NCBI GenBank assembly: GCA_963770895.1
Contig: CAVYRF010000002.1
Coordinates: 192,001 to 256,000 of the forward strand
Source of the DNA: an uncultured Acidobacteriota bacterium
Lineage (GTDB): Bacteria; Acidobacteriota; Thermoanaerobaculia; Multivoradales; UBA5704
Direction: 5' to 3'
DNA length: 64,000 nt
Shown: in pieces, positions 1 to 9,525 of the stretch
How positions within the stretch are numbered: position 1 is the first letter of the stretch
Layout of the letters: every line of letters starts with the position of its first letter
Program-made: the position numbers and the translations under genes
The notes under the pieces: generated by a model
The model's input: only the letters and a program-made list of their open reading frames with translations
Database searches by the model: none
Told to the model about the DNA's origin: nothing

Positions 1-2
1 GC

Positions 3-545
3 CGGATCGGCGATGGCCTCCGAGCCTTCGCCGCGGCCGCAGAACCCGTCTGGATCACCTTGCGCCAACTCGCGGCAGGCGATCTGACGTTCCCCGCCGG
101 GATCCGGGTCCGGGTGTGCGAGAACCCGGTGGTGGTCGCAGCGGCCGCAGACCTCGGGGCCGCCAGAAGCGGGCCCCTGGTCTGCCTGAATGGCTTCCCC
201 AATCAGGCGAGCAGCATGCTCCTGGGGCTGCTCGCGCGGCAGGGAGCCGAGATCTGGTATCACGGCGACTTCGATTGGGCCGGCTTGCGCATCGCCAACC
301 ACCTGCGGCAGACGGTGCCCTTTCATCCATGGCGCTTCACCGCGCCGGCCTATCGACAGGCCGTGGCGGCACTCGCCCCCGGCGCCGAGCGGCTGGCTCT
401 GGGCGATGCGCCCACCGAGGCCGCATGGGACGATGCTCTGGGCGCCGCCATGCGCGACGCCGGCATTTCGATCGAAGAGGAAGCGGTGCTCGGCGACCTG
501 ATGACGGATCTGCAGGCAGCTCAGCCGGCCGGGTCCTGGCGGTAG
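3..545 (+). CDS. TIGR02679/DUF2399 family protein, C-terminal part (Toprim-like; JetD-like subunit of type II Wadjet); 5' end lies outside the window
   Basis: Frame is open from position 3 (RIGDGLRAFAAAAEPVWITLRQL...). Motifs VCENPVVV, PLVCLNGFP, YHGDFDWAGLRIAN, PWRF and EEEAVL match DUF2399. Confidence 0.8.
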   Translation, partial: RIGDGLRAFAAAAEPVWITLRQLAAGDLTFPAGIRVRVCENPVVVAAAADLGAARSGPLVCLNGFPNQASSMLLGLLARQGAEIWYHGDFDWAGLRIANHLRQTVPFHPWRFTAPAYRQAVAALAPGAERLALGDAPTEAAWDDALGAAMRDAGISIEEEAVLGDLMTDLQAAQPAGSWR

Positions 546-1360
546 AAGGCGCGCAGGACCTCGTAGAGCTCTGGGTGCCTGCGCTGGAGGTTGGCCCCCT
601 GTTCGAAAAACGCCTCGGTCACCACGGCGAAGAACTCGGCAGGGTTGGTGGCGCCGTAGGCATCGATGTCGCTCGGCCTCTGCTCGGCGACGCGGTCGAG
701 CAGATCCTGGTACTCGGCGCCCAGGGCGTGCGCCCAGGCCGAGTAGAGGGCGCGCGTGCCGAGGTCGGGCGCACCGTTGAGGGCACCGTCCTCGGCGTCG
801 AGCTGGTGGGCGAACTCGTGCAGCACCACGTTGTGACCGTCGTGCATGTTCGACGCGCCGCTCTTGACGGCGTCCCACGCCAGCACCACGGCGCCGCGGA
901 CCCACGATTCGCCGAGCCGCCCTTGATCGCCCACCACCTCCAGGCCACCGAGATTCTGGCGCACATCCTTGACGATGTAGGCGCTCGGATAGACCAGGAT
1001 CGAAGAGAGGTCGGGGTAGTAGTCGGTCTCCCGATGCAGCAGCAGCACGCAGGCTTGCGCGGCGATGGTGAGCTTGATTTCCTGGGTGACATGCAGGCCG
1101 CCGCAGCCCTCGAACCGTTTCTCGGCCAGGAAAACCTGAATGTGTCCTTCGAGCTCGCGCCGGTCCTCCTCGGACAGGGTGGCGGCGTAAGCAACGTTGC
1201 GCAACACCATGGCGCGCTGGGCGGCCGACAGCGGCTGTGCGCGGAGCTTGGCCCGGCGCTTTTTCTTGAAGAGAAAGTCGAGCAAGCCGTCGATTTTATC
1301 AGGAACCACCGGCCGGCGCGCCCTGAAACCGGAGACCGCGATCGTTGGTAGTAGAGGCAT
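521..1360 (-). CDS. Zinc-dependent peptidase, M90/MtfA family
   Basis: FLAEKRFEGCGGL, IAAQAC, ILVYPSAY, GESW, NVVLHEFAHQLD (HExxH) and YGATNPAEFFAV..EAFFE. Start is uncertain (ATG 1360 or TTG about 1285). Confidence 0.9.
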   Translation of the reverse strand: MPLLPTIAVSGFRARRPVVPDKIDGLLDFLFKKKRRAKLRAQPLSAAQRAMVLRNVAYAATLSEEDRRELEGHIQVFLAEKRFEGCGGLHVTQEIKLTIAAQACVLLLHRETDYYPDLSSILVYPSAYIVKDVRQNLGGLEVVGDQGRLGESWVRGAVVLAWDAVKSGASNMHDGHNVVLHEFAHQLDAEDGALNGAPDLGTRALYSAWAHALGAEYQDLLDRVAEQRPSDIDAYGATNPAEFFAVVTEAFFEQGANLQRRHPELYEVLRAFYRQDPAG

Positions 1361-1410
1361 CGGGCACCGCTGCCCGGATGGCGACGACGTGGCGGCGCGG
1401 AGGTGAGGCG

Positions 1411-3879
1411 ATGGGAAAGCGGCTCCAGGTGGCGATGGCACGGCTGGGCGGTTGGCTCACCGGCGGCGAGCTGCTGCAGGATCTACGCTTCACCCGCCGC
1501 ACGCTGCGGCGCGATGCCAGCTTCACCGTGTTCGCGCTGCTCACCGTCGGGCTCGGCATCGGCGCCAGCGCCACCATCTTCAGCGTGGTCAACGCCCTGC
1601 TCCTGCGGCCGCTGCCGTTCCGCGACCCCGGCCGCCTGGCGTGGGTCGCCAACGGCGGTACGGAGGGTCCGTCGAGCGTCACCATCCAGGTGGGCCATTT
1701 TCTCGATCTCGCGGCGCAAACCCGGTCGTTTTCGGAGCTGGCCGCCTACTACGCGTTCTATGGCGACGGCGATAGCAAGCTGACCGGCGCCGGCGAGCCC
1801 GAACGCCTGACTGCGGTGCCCGTGACGACCAATTTCTTTGCCCTCCTGGGGGTCCCACCACGGCTGGGACGGCTTTTCGCCAACGGTGAGGAGCAGGCGC
1901 GCTGGAACGCGCCGCAGGTGGCGATTCTTTCCTTCCGCCTGTGGCAACGGCGCTTCGCCGCCGACCCCGCCATCGTCGGCCAGCGGCTGGTGCTCAACGG
2001 CGGGCCGGTCACCGTCGTCGGGGTGCTGCCGGAATCGTTCGACTTCGGCGCCGTCTTCACCCCCGGCAGGCAGGTGGATCTTTTCATCCCGATGCCGCTG
2101 ACCGCGCAGACCGACCGCCAGGGCAACTCGCTTTCGCTCCTGGGCCGCCTGCGGCCCGGTGTCGCGGTCGACCAGGCGCAGGCGGAGCTGACCATCCTGG
2201 CCCGGCAGATCTCAAACCGCCATCCGGAACGCAACGAGGTGGCGCCGCGGGTGAGCGCGCTCGACCGCCACGTCAGCGGCTCCTTCCGGCCGGCGCTCGC
2301 CGTGCTCGCCGGCGCCGTCGGCGCGGTGATGCTGATCGTCTGCGCCAACCTGGCGAACCTGCTGCTGGCGCGCGCCGCGGCGCGCCAGAAGGAGATGGCG
2401 ATCCGCACCGCGCTGGGGGCGGCCCAGGGCAGGTTGGTGCGCCAGATGCTGACCGAAAGCCTGGTCCTGTCGTGCGGCGGCGGCGCGCTCGGCCTGCTGC
2501 TTGCCGTCGCCGGCACGCGCTCGCTGGCACATCTCGACGCCTTCCGCATTCCGCTGCTGGCGAGCGCCCACGTCGACGCCGCCACCGCCGCCTTTGCCGT
2601 CGTGGTGGCCGTCCTGGCCGGCCTGGTCTTCGGCCTGGTGCCGGCCTTCCAGGCCCTGGCGGCGGCGCCCCACGACGCCCTCAAGGAGAGCCATCGCGGC
2701 TCCAGCCAGGGTGCCCGCCAAGCCTGGATCCGCCAGGCCCTGGTGGTCGCCGAGGTGGCGTTCGCGTCGGTGCTGCTGGTGGGCACCGGCCTGCTGGTGC
2801 GCAGCTTCCTGCGGGTGCTCGACGTCCAGCTCGGCTACCAGCCGGCCAAGGCGCTGGCGCTGCGCATCGACGTCGGCGCCCGCAGCCTCACCCAGGCGCA
2901 GCGCAACGCCCACTACGACGAGGCCCTGCGACGCGCCAGGTCCGTCGCCGGCGTCGAAGCGGCGGCGCTGACCGACGTGCTGCCGCTGGGCGGCGACCGC
3001 AGCTGGGGCGTCGCCGCCGCCGGCCAGGTCTATCCGGACGGCAGGACCCCCTCCGCCTACGTGCGCATCGTCTCCGACGGCTACCTGCGGACCGCCGGCA
3101 TCCCGCTGCGCGCCGGGCGCGACCTCTCGCCCCGCGACACGCCGGCAAGCGAGCGCGTCATGCTGGTCAACGAGACGCTGGCGCGCACCCTCTGGCCCGG
3201 CGAAAACCCCATCGGCAGGATGGTGACCCAGGACGGCGGCTGTCGCGTCGTCGGCGTCGTCGGCGACGTTCGCCACAGCGCCCTCGAACAGACCGCCGGC
3301 GCCGAGATGTACCTGCCGCTGCGCCAGACCAACGACTACTCCCGCCTCGACCTGGTCGTCCGCTCCGCCCTCTCGCCCGTCGCCGCGGCGGCCGCCCTGC
3401 GCCGCGAGCTGCTGCCGATCGAGCCCAATCTCCCCGCCCAGGAGGCGCGCCCTCTCCAGCGCCTGGTCGACCAGGCGATCTCGCCGCGCCGCTTCCTGGT
3501 TTTCCTGCTCGGCGGATTTTCCGCCTTCGCCCTCGTCCTCGCCGCGCTCGGCATCTACGCCGTGATCTCCTACGCCGTCACCCAGCGCACCCAGGAGCTC
3601 GGCATCCGCGTCGCCCTGGGCGCCCAGCGCGCCGGCTTGCAGCTCCGCATCCTCTGCGAAACCCTCGCCCTCGCCGGCCTCGGCATGCTCCTCGGCACCT
3701 TCGCCTCCTGGAGCCTGGCCCGCACCCTGCGCGGCCTCCTCTTCGGCGTCACCGCCGCCGACCCGGCGACCTTCGGCGCCACCCTGGCCCTCCTCACCGT
3801 GGTCGCCGCCCTCGCCGGCTACCTCCCTGCCCGTCGCGCCTCCCGCATCGATCCCATCCTGGCCCTGCGCGGCGATTGA
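1411..3879 (+). CDS. ADOP-family (MacB/FtsX-like) duplicated ABC-type permease
   Basis: QDLRF..R.LRR...FT, LGIGA.ATIFSVVNALLLRPLP, LIVCANLANLLLAR..RQKEMAIR.ALGA, QRTQELGIRVALGA, PARRASRIDPILALR. Confidence 0.92.
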   Translation: MGKRLQVAMARLGGWLTGGELLQDLRFTRRTLRRDASFTVFALLTVGLGIGASATIFSVVNALLLRPLPFRDPGRLAWVANGGTEGPSSVTIQVGHFLDLAAQTRSFSELAAYYAFYGDGDSKLTGAGEPERLTAVPVTTNFFALLGVPPRLGRLFANGEEQARWNAPQVAILSFRLWQRRFAADPAIVGQRLVLNGGPVTVVGVLPESFDFGAVFTPGRQVDLFIPMPLTAQTDRQGNSLSLLGRLRPGVAVDQAQAELTILARQISNRHPERNEVAPRVSALDRHVSGSFRPALAVLAGAVGAVMLIVCANLANLLLARAAARQKEMAIRTALGAAQGRLVRQMLTESLVLSCGGGALGLLLAVAGTRSLAHLDAFRIPLLASAHVDAATAAFAVVVAVLAGLVFGLVPAFQALAAAPHDALKESHRGSSQGARQAWIRQALVVAEVAFASVLLVGTGLLVRSFLRVLDVQLGYQPAKALALRIDVGARSLTQAQRNAHYDEALRRARSVAGVEAAALTDVLPLGGDRSWGVAAAGQVYPDGRTPSAYVRIVSDGYLRTAGIPLRAGRDLSPRDTPASERVMLVNETLARTLWPGENPIGRMVTQDGGCRVVGVVGDVRHSALEQTAGAEMYLPLRQTNDYSRLDLVVRSALSPVAAAAALRRELLPIEPNLPAQEARPLQRLVDQAISPRRFLVFLLGGFSAFALVLAALGIYAVISYAVTQRTQELGIRVALGAQRAGLQLRILCETLALAGLGMLLGTFASWSLARTLRGLLFGVTAADPATFGATLALLTVVAALAGYLPARRASRIDPILALRGD

Positions 3880-3964
3880 ACCGCCGCCGCCTTGGCGCGG
3901 CCCCGGAGCGGGTCTCCGTCGACCATGCGGTCGAGTGCTAAGATGTTGAAAATTGATTCCTCCG

Positions 3965-6900
3965 ATGCTCTCCACCTTGCGGCGGTCGCCTCCGCGGCCT
4001 GGGCGCGGCACACGACGGATCTGCGGCGCTTTCCTGGCGGCGCTGGCGTGCTGTGGGTCTGCCTGCGGCGCCGGCGCCGGGCGCGGCGGGGCCGCGAGCA
4101 GGGTGCACGTAGTGGTGGCGGGAGAGAATTTCGAGCGCTCGCCGCGTGCCGGCCAAAGCGACGAATACGAGCTGCGCCTCCGGGCGGGCCAGTTCGTCCA
4201 CGTCGTCGTCGACCAGCTCGGTATCGACGTCCTGTTGCGGCTCTATGCGCCGGCGGGCAGGCAGCTGACCGAGGTGGACAGCCCCACCGGCACCACCGGC
4301 CCGGAGCGGGTCGCCGTGGTGGCTCCGGTGGCGGGCCGCTACCGCTTGCAGGTCTCGGCGACGTCCGCCAAGCCGGGCGGGCGCTACGCGTTCCACGTCG
4401 TCGCATGGCGGGACGCGACGCCCGCGGATCGCCTGGAGGTGGCGGCGGAAAGGGCCTTCGATCGCGGTGAAGGGCTGCGCCGGGCGACGCTTCTGCGCGA
4501 CGCCCTGCCGCGCTACCAGCAGGCCCTGGTGGCCTGGACGTCGCTGGGCAACGTGGCCGGGGAGGCGCTGGCGCTGAATGGGCTGGGCGAGATGCACCAA
4601 CGGATGGGCGAGATGCACCACCGGCTGGATGAGCTCGATGCCGCGGTGGCGCTCTACCGCCAGGCGCTCAGGACGTTGGCGCCCACCGGCGACATCAGGT
4701 CCCAGGCGGGGATCTGCAACCGGATGGGCAGGGCGCTGCTGGACCTGTTTCGCTTCGACGAGGCGCTCGCCGCACACCGCCGTGCCCTGGCGCTCTTCCG
4801 CCAGCTCACCGATCGCAAGGGCATCGCCACGGCGCTCAACAACGAGGGCAACGTCTACCTCTGGCTGGGCAAAAACCAATCGGCCCTGGACGCCTTCGAC
4901 GCGGCGCTGCCGCTGTGGGACCGCCGCACCGAGACGCACGAGCGGATGCTCACCCTGATCAACATGGGCAACGTGCTGACCGCCGAAGAGCAGCTCGACG
5001 AAGCGGCGGCGGTCTATCGGGAGGCGATCGCAGAAGCGATCGCAGAAGCCGGCCGCCTGCACGATCCAGCCGCCCTGGCAAAGGTCCTTTCGCGCGAGGG
5101 CTTTCGCCTATACGCCGCTGGGCAGCCCGCCCTCGCCATCGACCGCCTGCGGCAGGCGATCGACCTGCATCGCCAGCTGCACGACCCGGTGGGCTACGTC
5201 GACGATCTGCTCAATCTGGGCGTCGCCTACCTCAAGCAAGGAGACCTCCGCCACGCCGGCGATGCCCTGTCGCAGGCCCGCCAGCTCTACCGGCAGGCGG
5301 GCAATCGCCACGGCGAGGCGATGGCGCTGCTGGACCTGGGACGCCTGGCGTACACCGCCGGCGATTTCCCGCGCGCCCTCGCACTGTACACCGCGGCCAG
5401 GCAGCTCTTCGTCGCCGTGCGCGGGCGCCAGGGCGAGGTGTCGGCGATCTATGGCTGCGCGTCCACGCTCCTCCGGCTCGGGCGGCCGGCGGAGGCCCGC
5501 GACCAGATCGCCCTGGCGGTCGACGGGCTGGAAAACCTGCGCGGCGAAACGGCGAGCCGGTCGCTGCGTCAGTCGTACTTCGCCTCGCGGCAGAACTATT
5601 GGGACCTGTACGTTCAGACACTGATGCTCCTGGACGCCAGGCATCCCGGCGGCGGCTACGCGGCGCAGGCTTTCGCAATCAGCGAGCGCCGCCGGTCGCG
5701 CAGCCTGCTGGACCTTCTGGGCCAGGCCGCGGCGGCTGCCCCCGCCGGCGGCGAGCGCGGCGCAGCCGCCGAGGAGAACGAGCTGCAGCAGCAATTGGAC
5801 GCCATCGACCGTCACCGGCTGCTGTTGATGGACCGCCAGGGGAGCGCCGCCGCGGTTGCCGCTCTCGATCGATTGCAGCAGCAAAAGGTCATCCAGCTCG
5901 ACCGGGCGCGGGCGCGCCAGGCAAGCCAGGACGATCTGACGGCGGCGCCGTCCCCTGCCGCGGCGCTTTCGCTGACCGCGGTACAGGCGCTGCTCGGCCG
6001 CGACGACATGCTGCTCGAATACGCCCTGGGCGAGCCCACCAGCTACCTCTGGGCGGTGACGCACAGCTCCTGCAAGAGTTTCCGTCTGACCGGCCGCGCT
6101 GCGATCGAAGCCGCCGCCCGCGCCGCGACCGACCTCCTGCGGCGCACCAGTGTCAAGGCCCAGACGGCGCAGGAGCAAGCTGCTCGCCAGCTGAGCTCCC
6201 TGGTGTTGGCGCCGGCCGCCGCCGAGCTGGGGCAGGCGCGGCGCCTCCTGATCGTTGCCGACGGCGATCTGCTGCTGGTGCCGTTTGCGGCCCTGCCGGA
6301 CCCCGCGGCGCCGCCATCCGAGACGTCGCCGCTCGTGGTGCGGCACGAGATCGTCACCCCGCCCTCGGCCACGGTCCTGGCCGCGCTGCGCCGCCGGTCG
6401 CGCCAACAACCCACGCCGCCAGCCGGCGTCGCGGTCTTTGCCGATCCCGTGTTTCGGTCCGACGACCCCCGCCTGGCGCCGGCGGCCCTGCCGGCGGGCG
6501 CGGCGCCGGGGCCATCCCTGCCGCCGGCGGAACCGCCGGGTCTCGGCCTGCTGCTGCGCGACTTCCACCTCGCCGGTCTCGCGCGCCTGCCCGCCACCGC
6601 CGGCGAGGCAGCGGCGATCGCCCAGGTCGCGCCATCGGGCACGGTCGTCGCGATGGGTTTCGCGGCAAGCCGCGAGCGCGTCCTGGACGGGTCGCTGCGC
6701 CGGTTTCGCTACCTCCACTTCGCCACCCACAGCCTGGTGGACGCGCTGCACCCGGACCTTTCGGGAATCGTGCTCTCGCTGCGCGACCAGCGCGGCCAGC
6801 CACAGGACGGGATCCTGCGTCTCTACGAGATCTACGACCTCGATCTGCCGGCGCGGCTGGTGGTGCTGAGCGGCTGCGAGACCGGTCTCGGGCAGCCGGT

Positions 6901-7168
6901 CGCCGGCGAAGGCCTGGTCGGCCTCAGCTGGGGCTTCCTGCACGCAGGGGCGCAGGGCGTGGTGGTGAGCCTCTGGAACGTCCAGGACGACAGCACGGCC
7001 GAGCTCATGCGCCGCTTCTACACCGCGCTGTTCGCCGGGCACGCCTCCGCGCCGGCGGCGCTGCGCCAGGCGCAGCTGTCGATGCTCGCGAGCACCGGCT
7101 GGCGCGCCCCCTATCACTGGGCCGGGTTTGTCTTCACCGGCGATTGGGAAGCCGCCGGGAAGCCTTGA
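3965..7168 (+). CDS. PPC-like domain + TPR repeats + CHAT (caspase-like, clan CD) protease; catalytic His and Cys present
   Basis: N-terminal hydrophobic stretch; LRAGQFVHVVVDQLGIDV..L domain; TPR repeats; CHAT motifs RLLIVADG.L..VPFAAL, YLHFATHS, VVLSGCETG, VVVSLWNV.D, PYHWAGF. Confidence 0.88.
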   Translation: MLSTLRRSPPRPGRGTRRICGAFLAALACCGSACGAGAGRGGAASRVHVVVAGENFERSPRAGQSDEYELRLRAGQFVHVVVDQLGIDVLLRLYAPAGRQLTEVDSPTGTTGPERVAVVAPVAGRYRLQVSATSAKPGGRYAFHVVAWRDATPADRLEVAAERAFDRGEGLRRATLLRDALPRYQQALVAWTSLGNVAGEALALNGLGEMHQRMGEMHHRLDELDAAVALYRQALRTLAPTGDIRSQAGICNRMGRALLDLFRFDEALAAHRRALALFRQLTDRKGIATALNNEGNVYLWLGKNQSALDAFDAALPLWDRRTETHERMLTLINMGNVLTAEEQLDEAAAVYREAIAEAIAEAGRLHDPAALAKVLSREGFRLYAAGQPALAIDRLRQAIDLHRQLHDPVGYVDDLLNLGVAYLKQGDLRHAGDALSQARQLYRQAGNRHGEAMALLDLGRLAYTAGDFPRALALYTAARQLFVAVRGRQGEVSAIYGCASTLLRLGRPAEARDQIALAVDGLENLRGETASRSLRQSYFASRQNYWDLYVQTLMLLDARHPGGGYAAQAFAISERRRSRSLLDLLGQAAAAAPAGGERGAAAEENELQQQLDAIDRHRLLLMDRQGSAAAVAALDRLQQQKVIQLDRARARQASQDDLTAAPSPAAALSLTAVQALLGRDDMLLEYALGEPTSYLWAVTHSSCKSFRLTGRAAIEAAARAATDLLRRTSVKAQTAQEQAARQLSSLVLAPAAAELGQARRLLIVADGDLLLVPFAALPDPAAPPSETSPLVVRHEIVTPPSATVLAALRRRSRQQPTPPAGVAVFADPVFRSDDPRLAPAALPAGAAPGPSLPPAEPPGLGLLLRDFHLAGLARLPATAGEAAAIAQVAPSGTVVAMGFAASRERVLDGSLRRFRYLHFATHSLVDALHPDLSGIVLSLRDQRGQPQDGILRLYEIYDLDLPARLVVLSGCETGLGQPVAGEGLVGLSWGFLHAGAQGVVVSLWNVQDDSTAELMRRFYTALFAGHASAPAALRQAQLSMLASTGWRAPYHWAGFVFTGDWEAAGKP

Positions 7169-7257
7169 CCAAGCCCGGCGAGCTGGTCGCGCCGCCATTC
7201 TCGCGTACTACAGGGGGGCATGAAATCAATGTAGTTTGACGAGGAGGAGACTTCTTC

Positions 7258-9525
7258 ATGATCGAACCTTCGCGCCAGCTGGTGCTCGGCGTCCCGGTCG
7301 AAGGCCGTCTGGAAGGCAAGAACGCGGACGTCTTCGATGTCCACCTCGAAACGGGTCAGTTCGTCCACCTGGTCGCCGAGCAGCTCGGCCTGGACGTCAA
7401 GCTGCGCCTGTTCAACCCCGGCCATCAGCTGTTGACGGAGGTGGATAGTCCGATCGGCAGCCGAGGCGCCGAAGAAGTGACGCTGGTCGCGGCGGCGAGC
7501 GGGCTCTACCGGGTGGAGGTGAGCGCGGGCGACGCCAAGCCGGGCGGCGGCACGTATCGCCTGCGGATCGAATCCCTGCGCGCCGCCACCGAGGCCGACC
7601 GCAGGACGGCGACGGCGGAGCACATGTTCAACTCCGCCGAGGTGCTGCGCCGCGGGGGCCAGACGCAGCAGGCCCTGCTGGACTACCGCCTCGCCTGCCG
7701 TGAATGGGAGGCATTGGGCGATCGGCCGCGCCAGGCGACCTGCCACTATCGGATGGGCTGGATGGAGCACGCCCTGGAGAAGCCACCCCATCTCGAGGAG
7801 GCCGACAGACACTTCCAGGCGGCCCTCGATCTGCTGGGCGAAACCGATCCGTCGCTCCAGGCGACGATCTGGAACCGCCGCGGCAGGGTCCTGCTGGCGC
7901 TCGGCCGGGTGGATCCGGCCCGCGCCGCGCACGAGCGTGCGCTCGCGCTGTTCCGCAACCTCGGGGACCGCGACGGCGAGGCCGAGGCGCTGCAAAATCT
8001 CGGCATGGTCGAAAGCCGCGGCGACGCTGCCCTTGCCAAGCAGCACTTCGTGAGCGCGGTCGCGTTGTGGCAGCAGCTGGGCAACATCAAGGAAGAGAAA
8101 TACACCCGGAGCAGCCTGGCGAGACTCCCGCGGCACACCGGCATGCCGGCGGCGCCGTCGTCCGCGGCGCTGCCGGGCAGCGGTGCACCGCTGGCGGTCC
8201 AGGACGTCGCGGAGCGCCACGACGCGGCCTTCGCTCCCATCCTGGACGCCGGCACCCTGGTGCTGCGCTACGAGCTGGGCGACGAGCACGGCACCCTGTG
8301 GACTGCGACAGCCGCCGGTCCGCTGGGCCAACACCCGCTGCCCGGGCGCGCCGCGGTCGAGGCGGTGGCCAGCCGGCTGTTCGCGGCGGTGCAACAGGAC
8401 GGCGCGCAGGCCCAAGCGGAATGGCAAGCCGCCGCCACCGATCTCAGCCGTATGTTGCTCGCACCGGCGGCGGCCCACTTGATGGAGCGCCGTCTGGTGG
8501 TGGTAGTGGACGGTTGGCTTGAGCGCGTGCCGTTCGCCCTGCTGCCGGAACCGCGGCCGGCGGCCGGCGAGCCGGCCCAGGAGGCCGCGCAGCCGCTGCT
8601 CGAGCGCCACGAGATCGTCTACCTGGCGGCGGCGACCGCGGCGGCCGTGCTCGACGGGCCATCGCGACGCCAGGGCGGGTTGAGGGAGCCTGGGCCGGCG
8701 GTGGTGGGCGCTCCGGTGCTGCGCGCCGACGATCCCAGACTGGCCGGCACCGCTGCCGGCGGCACCGCGGGCCGCCCAGAGCTGCCGGCGGACCTTGTCG
8801 CGGCGCTTGCCGGCGTCGGCCTGGAGGAGCTGCCGGCGCTGCCATTCAGCCTGGCCGAGGCGGAGGCGATCGTCGAGCTCATGCCGCAGCTCGCACCGGT
8901 CCACGCCCTGGGCCTGGACGCCAACCTGGACCTCCTGCGGGGCACCGCGCTGCGCGGTTTCCGCATCTTGCACCTGGCGGTCCTGGCCGTCCTGGCGAAG
9001 GCAGGGTCGGGCCTGGTCGTGTCCTGCTTCGATGCCAGCGGCAGGCCACGCCCCGGCTTTCTGCGCCTCGCGGACCTGGCCCGCCTGAACCTTCCGGCGG
9101 ATCTGCTGGTGGTGACCGGATCGCGGCTGTCCGGGGAAGCCGGCGTGGGCGGCCTCGAGCTGGTGGGCGCGGCAATGCAGGCCGGCGCGGCCAAGGTCGT
9201 GACGTCCCTGTGGAGCGTCGAGGACCAGAGCGCCGTCGAGCTGATGAAGCACTTCTACAAGGGGTTGCGGCAAGGCGCCCTGGAACCGGCGGCGCTGCGG
9301 CAGGCACAGCTTGCCGTGGCCGCGGATGCGCGGTGGCACGCCCCCCGCCATTGGGCCGGATTCCTGTTTTCGGGCGACTGGCGCCAGGGCCGCCGGGGGC
9401 ACCGGCCTGGCGGCGGCACCATCGAAGCCGACGACAAGGGCGGCACCGGCAGCTCGGGGCCGCAGGGCAACGACATGCCTCCTCCCGACGAGGACGTCAG
9501 CTATGACGAAGGGAGCGGGCAATGA
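7258..9525 (+). CDS. Paralogous PPC-TPR-CHAT protein with a degenerate active site (probable pseudoprotease)
   Basis: GAGGAGGAG RBS upstream. Same architecture as the upstream gene with fewer TPRs. HFATH becomes HLAVL and LSGCETG becomes VTGSRLSG, while VVTSLWSVED and PRHWAGF are kept. Confidence 0.82.
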   Translation: MIEPSRQLVLGVPVEGRLEGKNADVFDVHLETGQFVHLVAEQLGLDVKLRLFNPGHQLLTEVDSPIGSRGAEEVTLVAAASGLYRVEVSAGDAKPGGGTYRLRIESLRAATEADRRTATAEHMFNSAEVLRRGGQTQQALLDYRLACREWEALGDRPRQATCHYRMGWMEHALEKPPHLEEADRHFQAALDLLGETDPSLQATIWNRRGRVLLALGRVDPARAAHERALALFRNLGDRDGEAEALQNLGMVESRGDAALAKQHFVSAVALWQQLGNIKEEKYTRSSLARLPRHTGMPAAPSSAALPGSGAPLAVQDVAERHDAAFAPILDAGTLVLRYELGDEHGTLWTATAAGPLGQHPLPGRAAVEAVASRLFAAVQQDGAQAQAEWQAAATDLSRMLLAPAAAHLMERRLVVVVDGWLERVPFALLPEPRPAAGEPAQEAAQPLLERHEIVYLAAATAAAVLDGPSRRQGGLREPGPAVVGAPVLRADDPRLAGTAAGGTAGRPELPADLVAALAGVGLEELPALPFSLAEAEAIVELMPQLAPVHALGLDANLDLLRGTALRGFRILHLAVLAVLAKAGSGLVVSCFDASGRPRPGFLRLADLARLNLPADLLVVTGSRLSGEAGVGGLELVGAAMQAGAAKVVTSLWSVEDQSAVELMKHFYKGLRQGALEPAALRQAQLAVAADARWHAPRHWAGFLFSGDWRQGRRGHRPGGGTIEADDKGGTGSSGPQGNDMPPPDEDVSYDEGSGQ

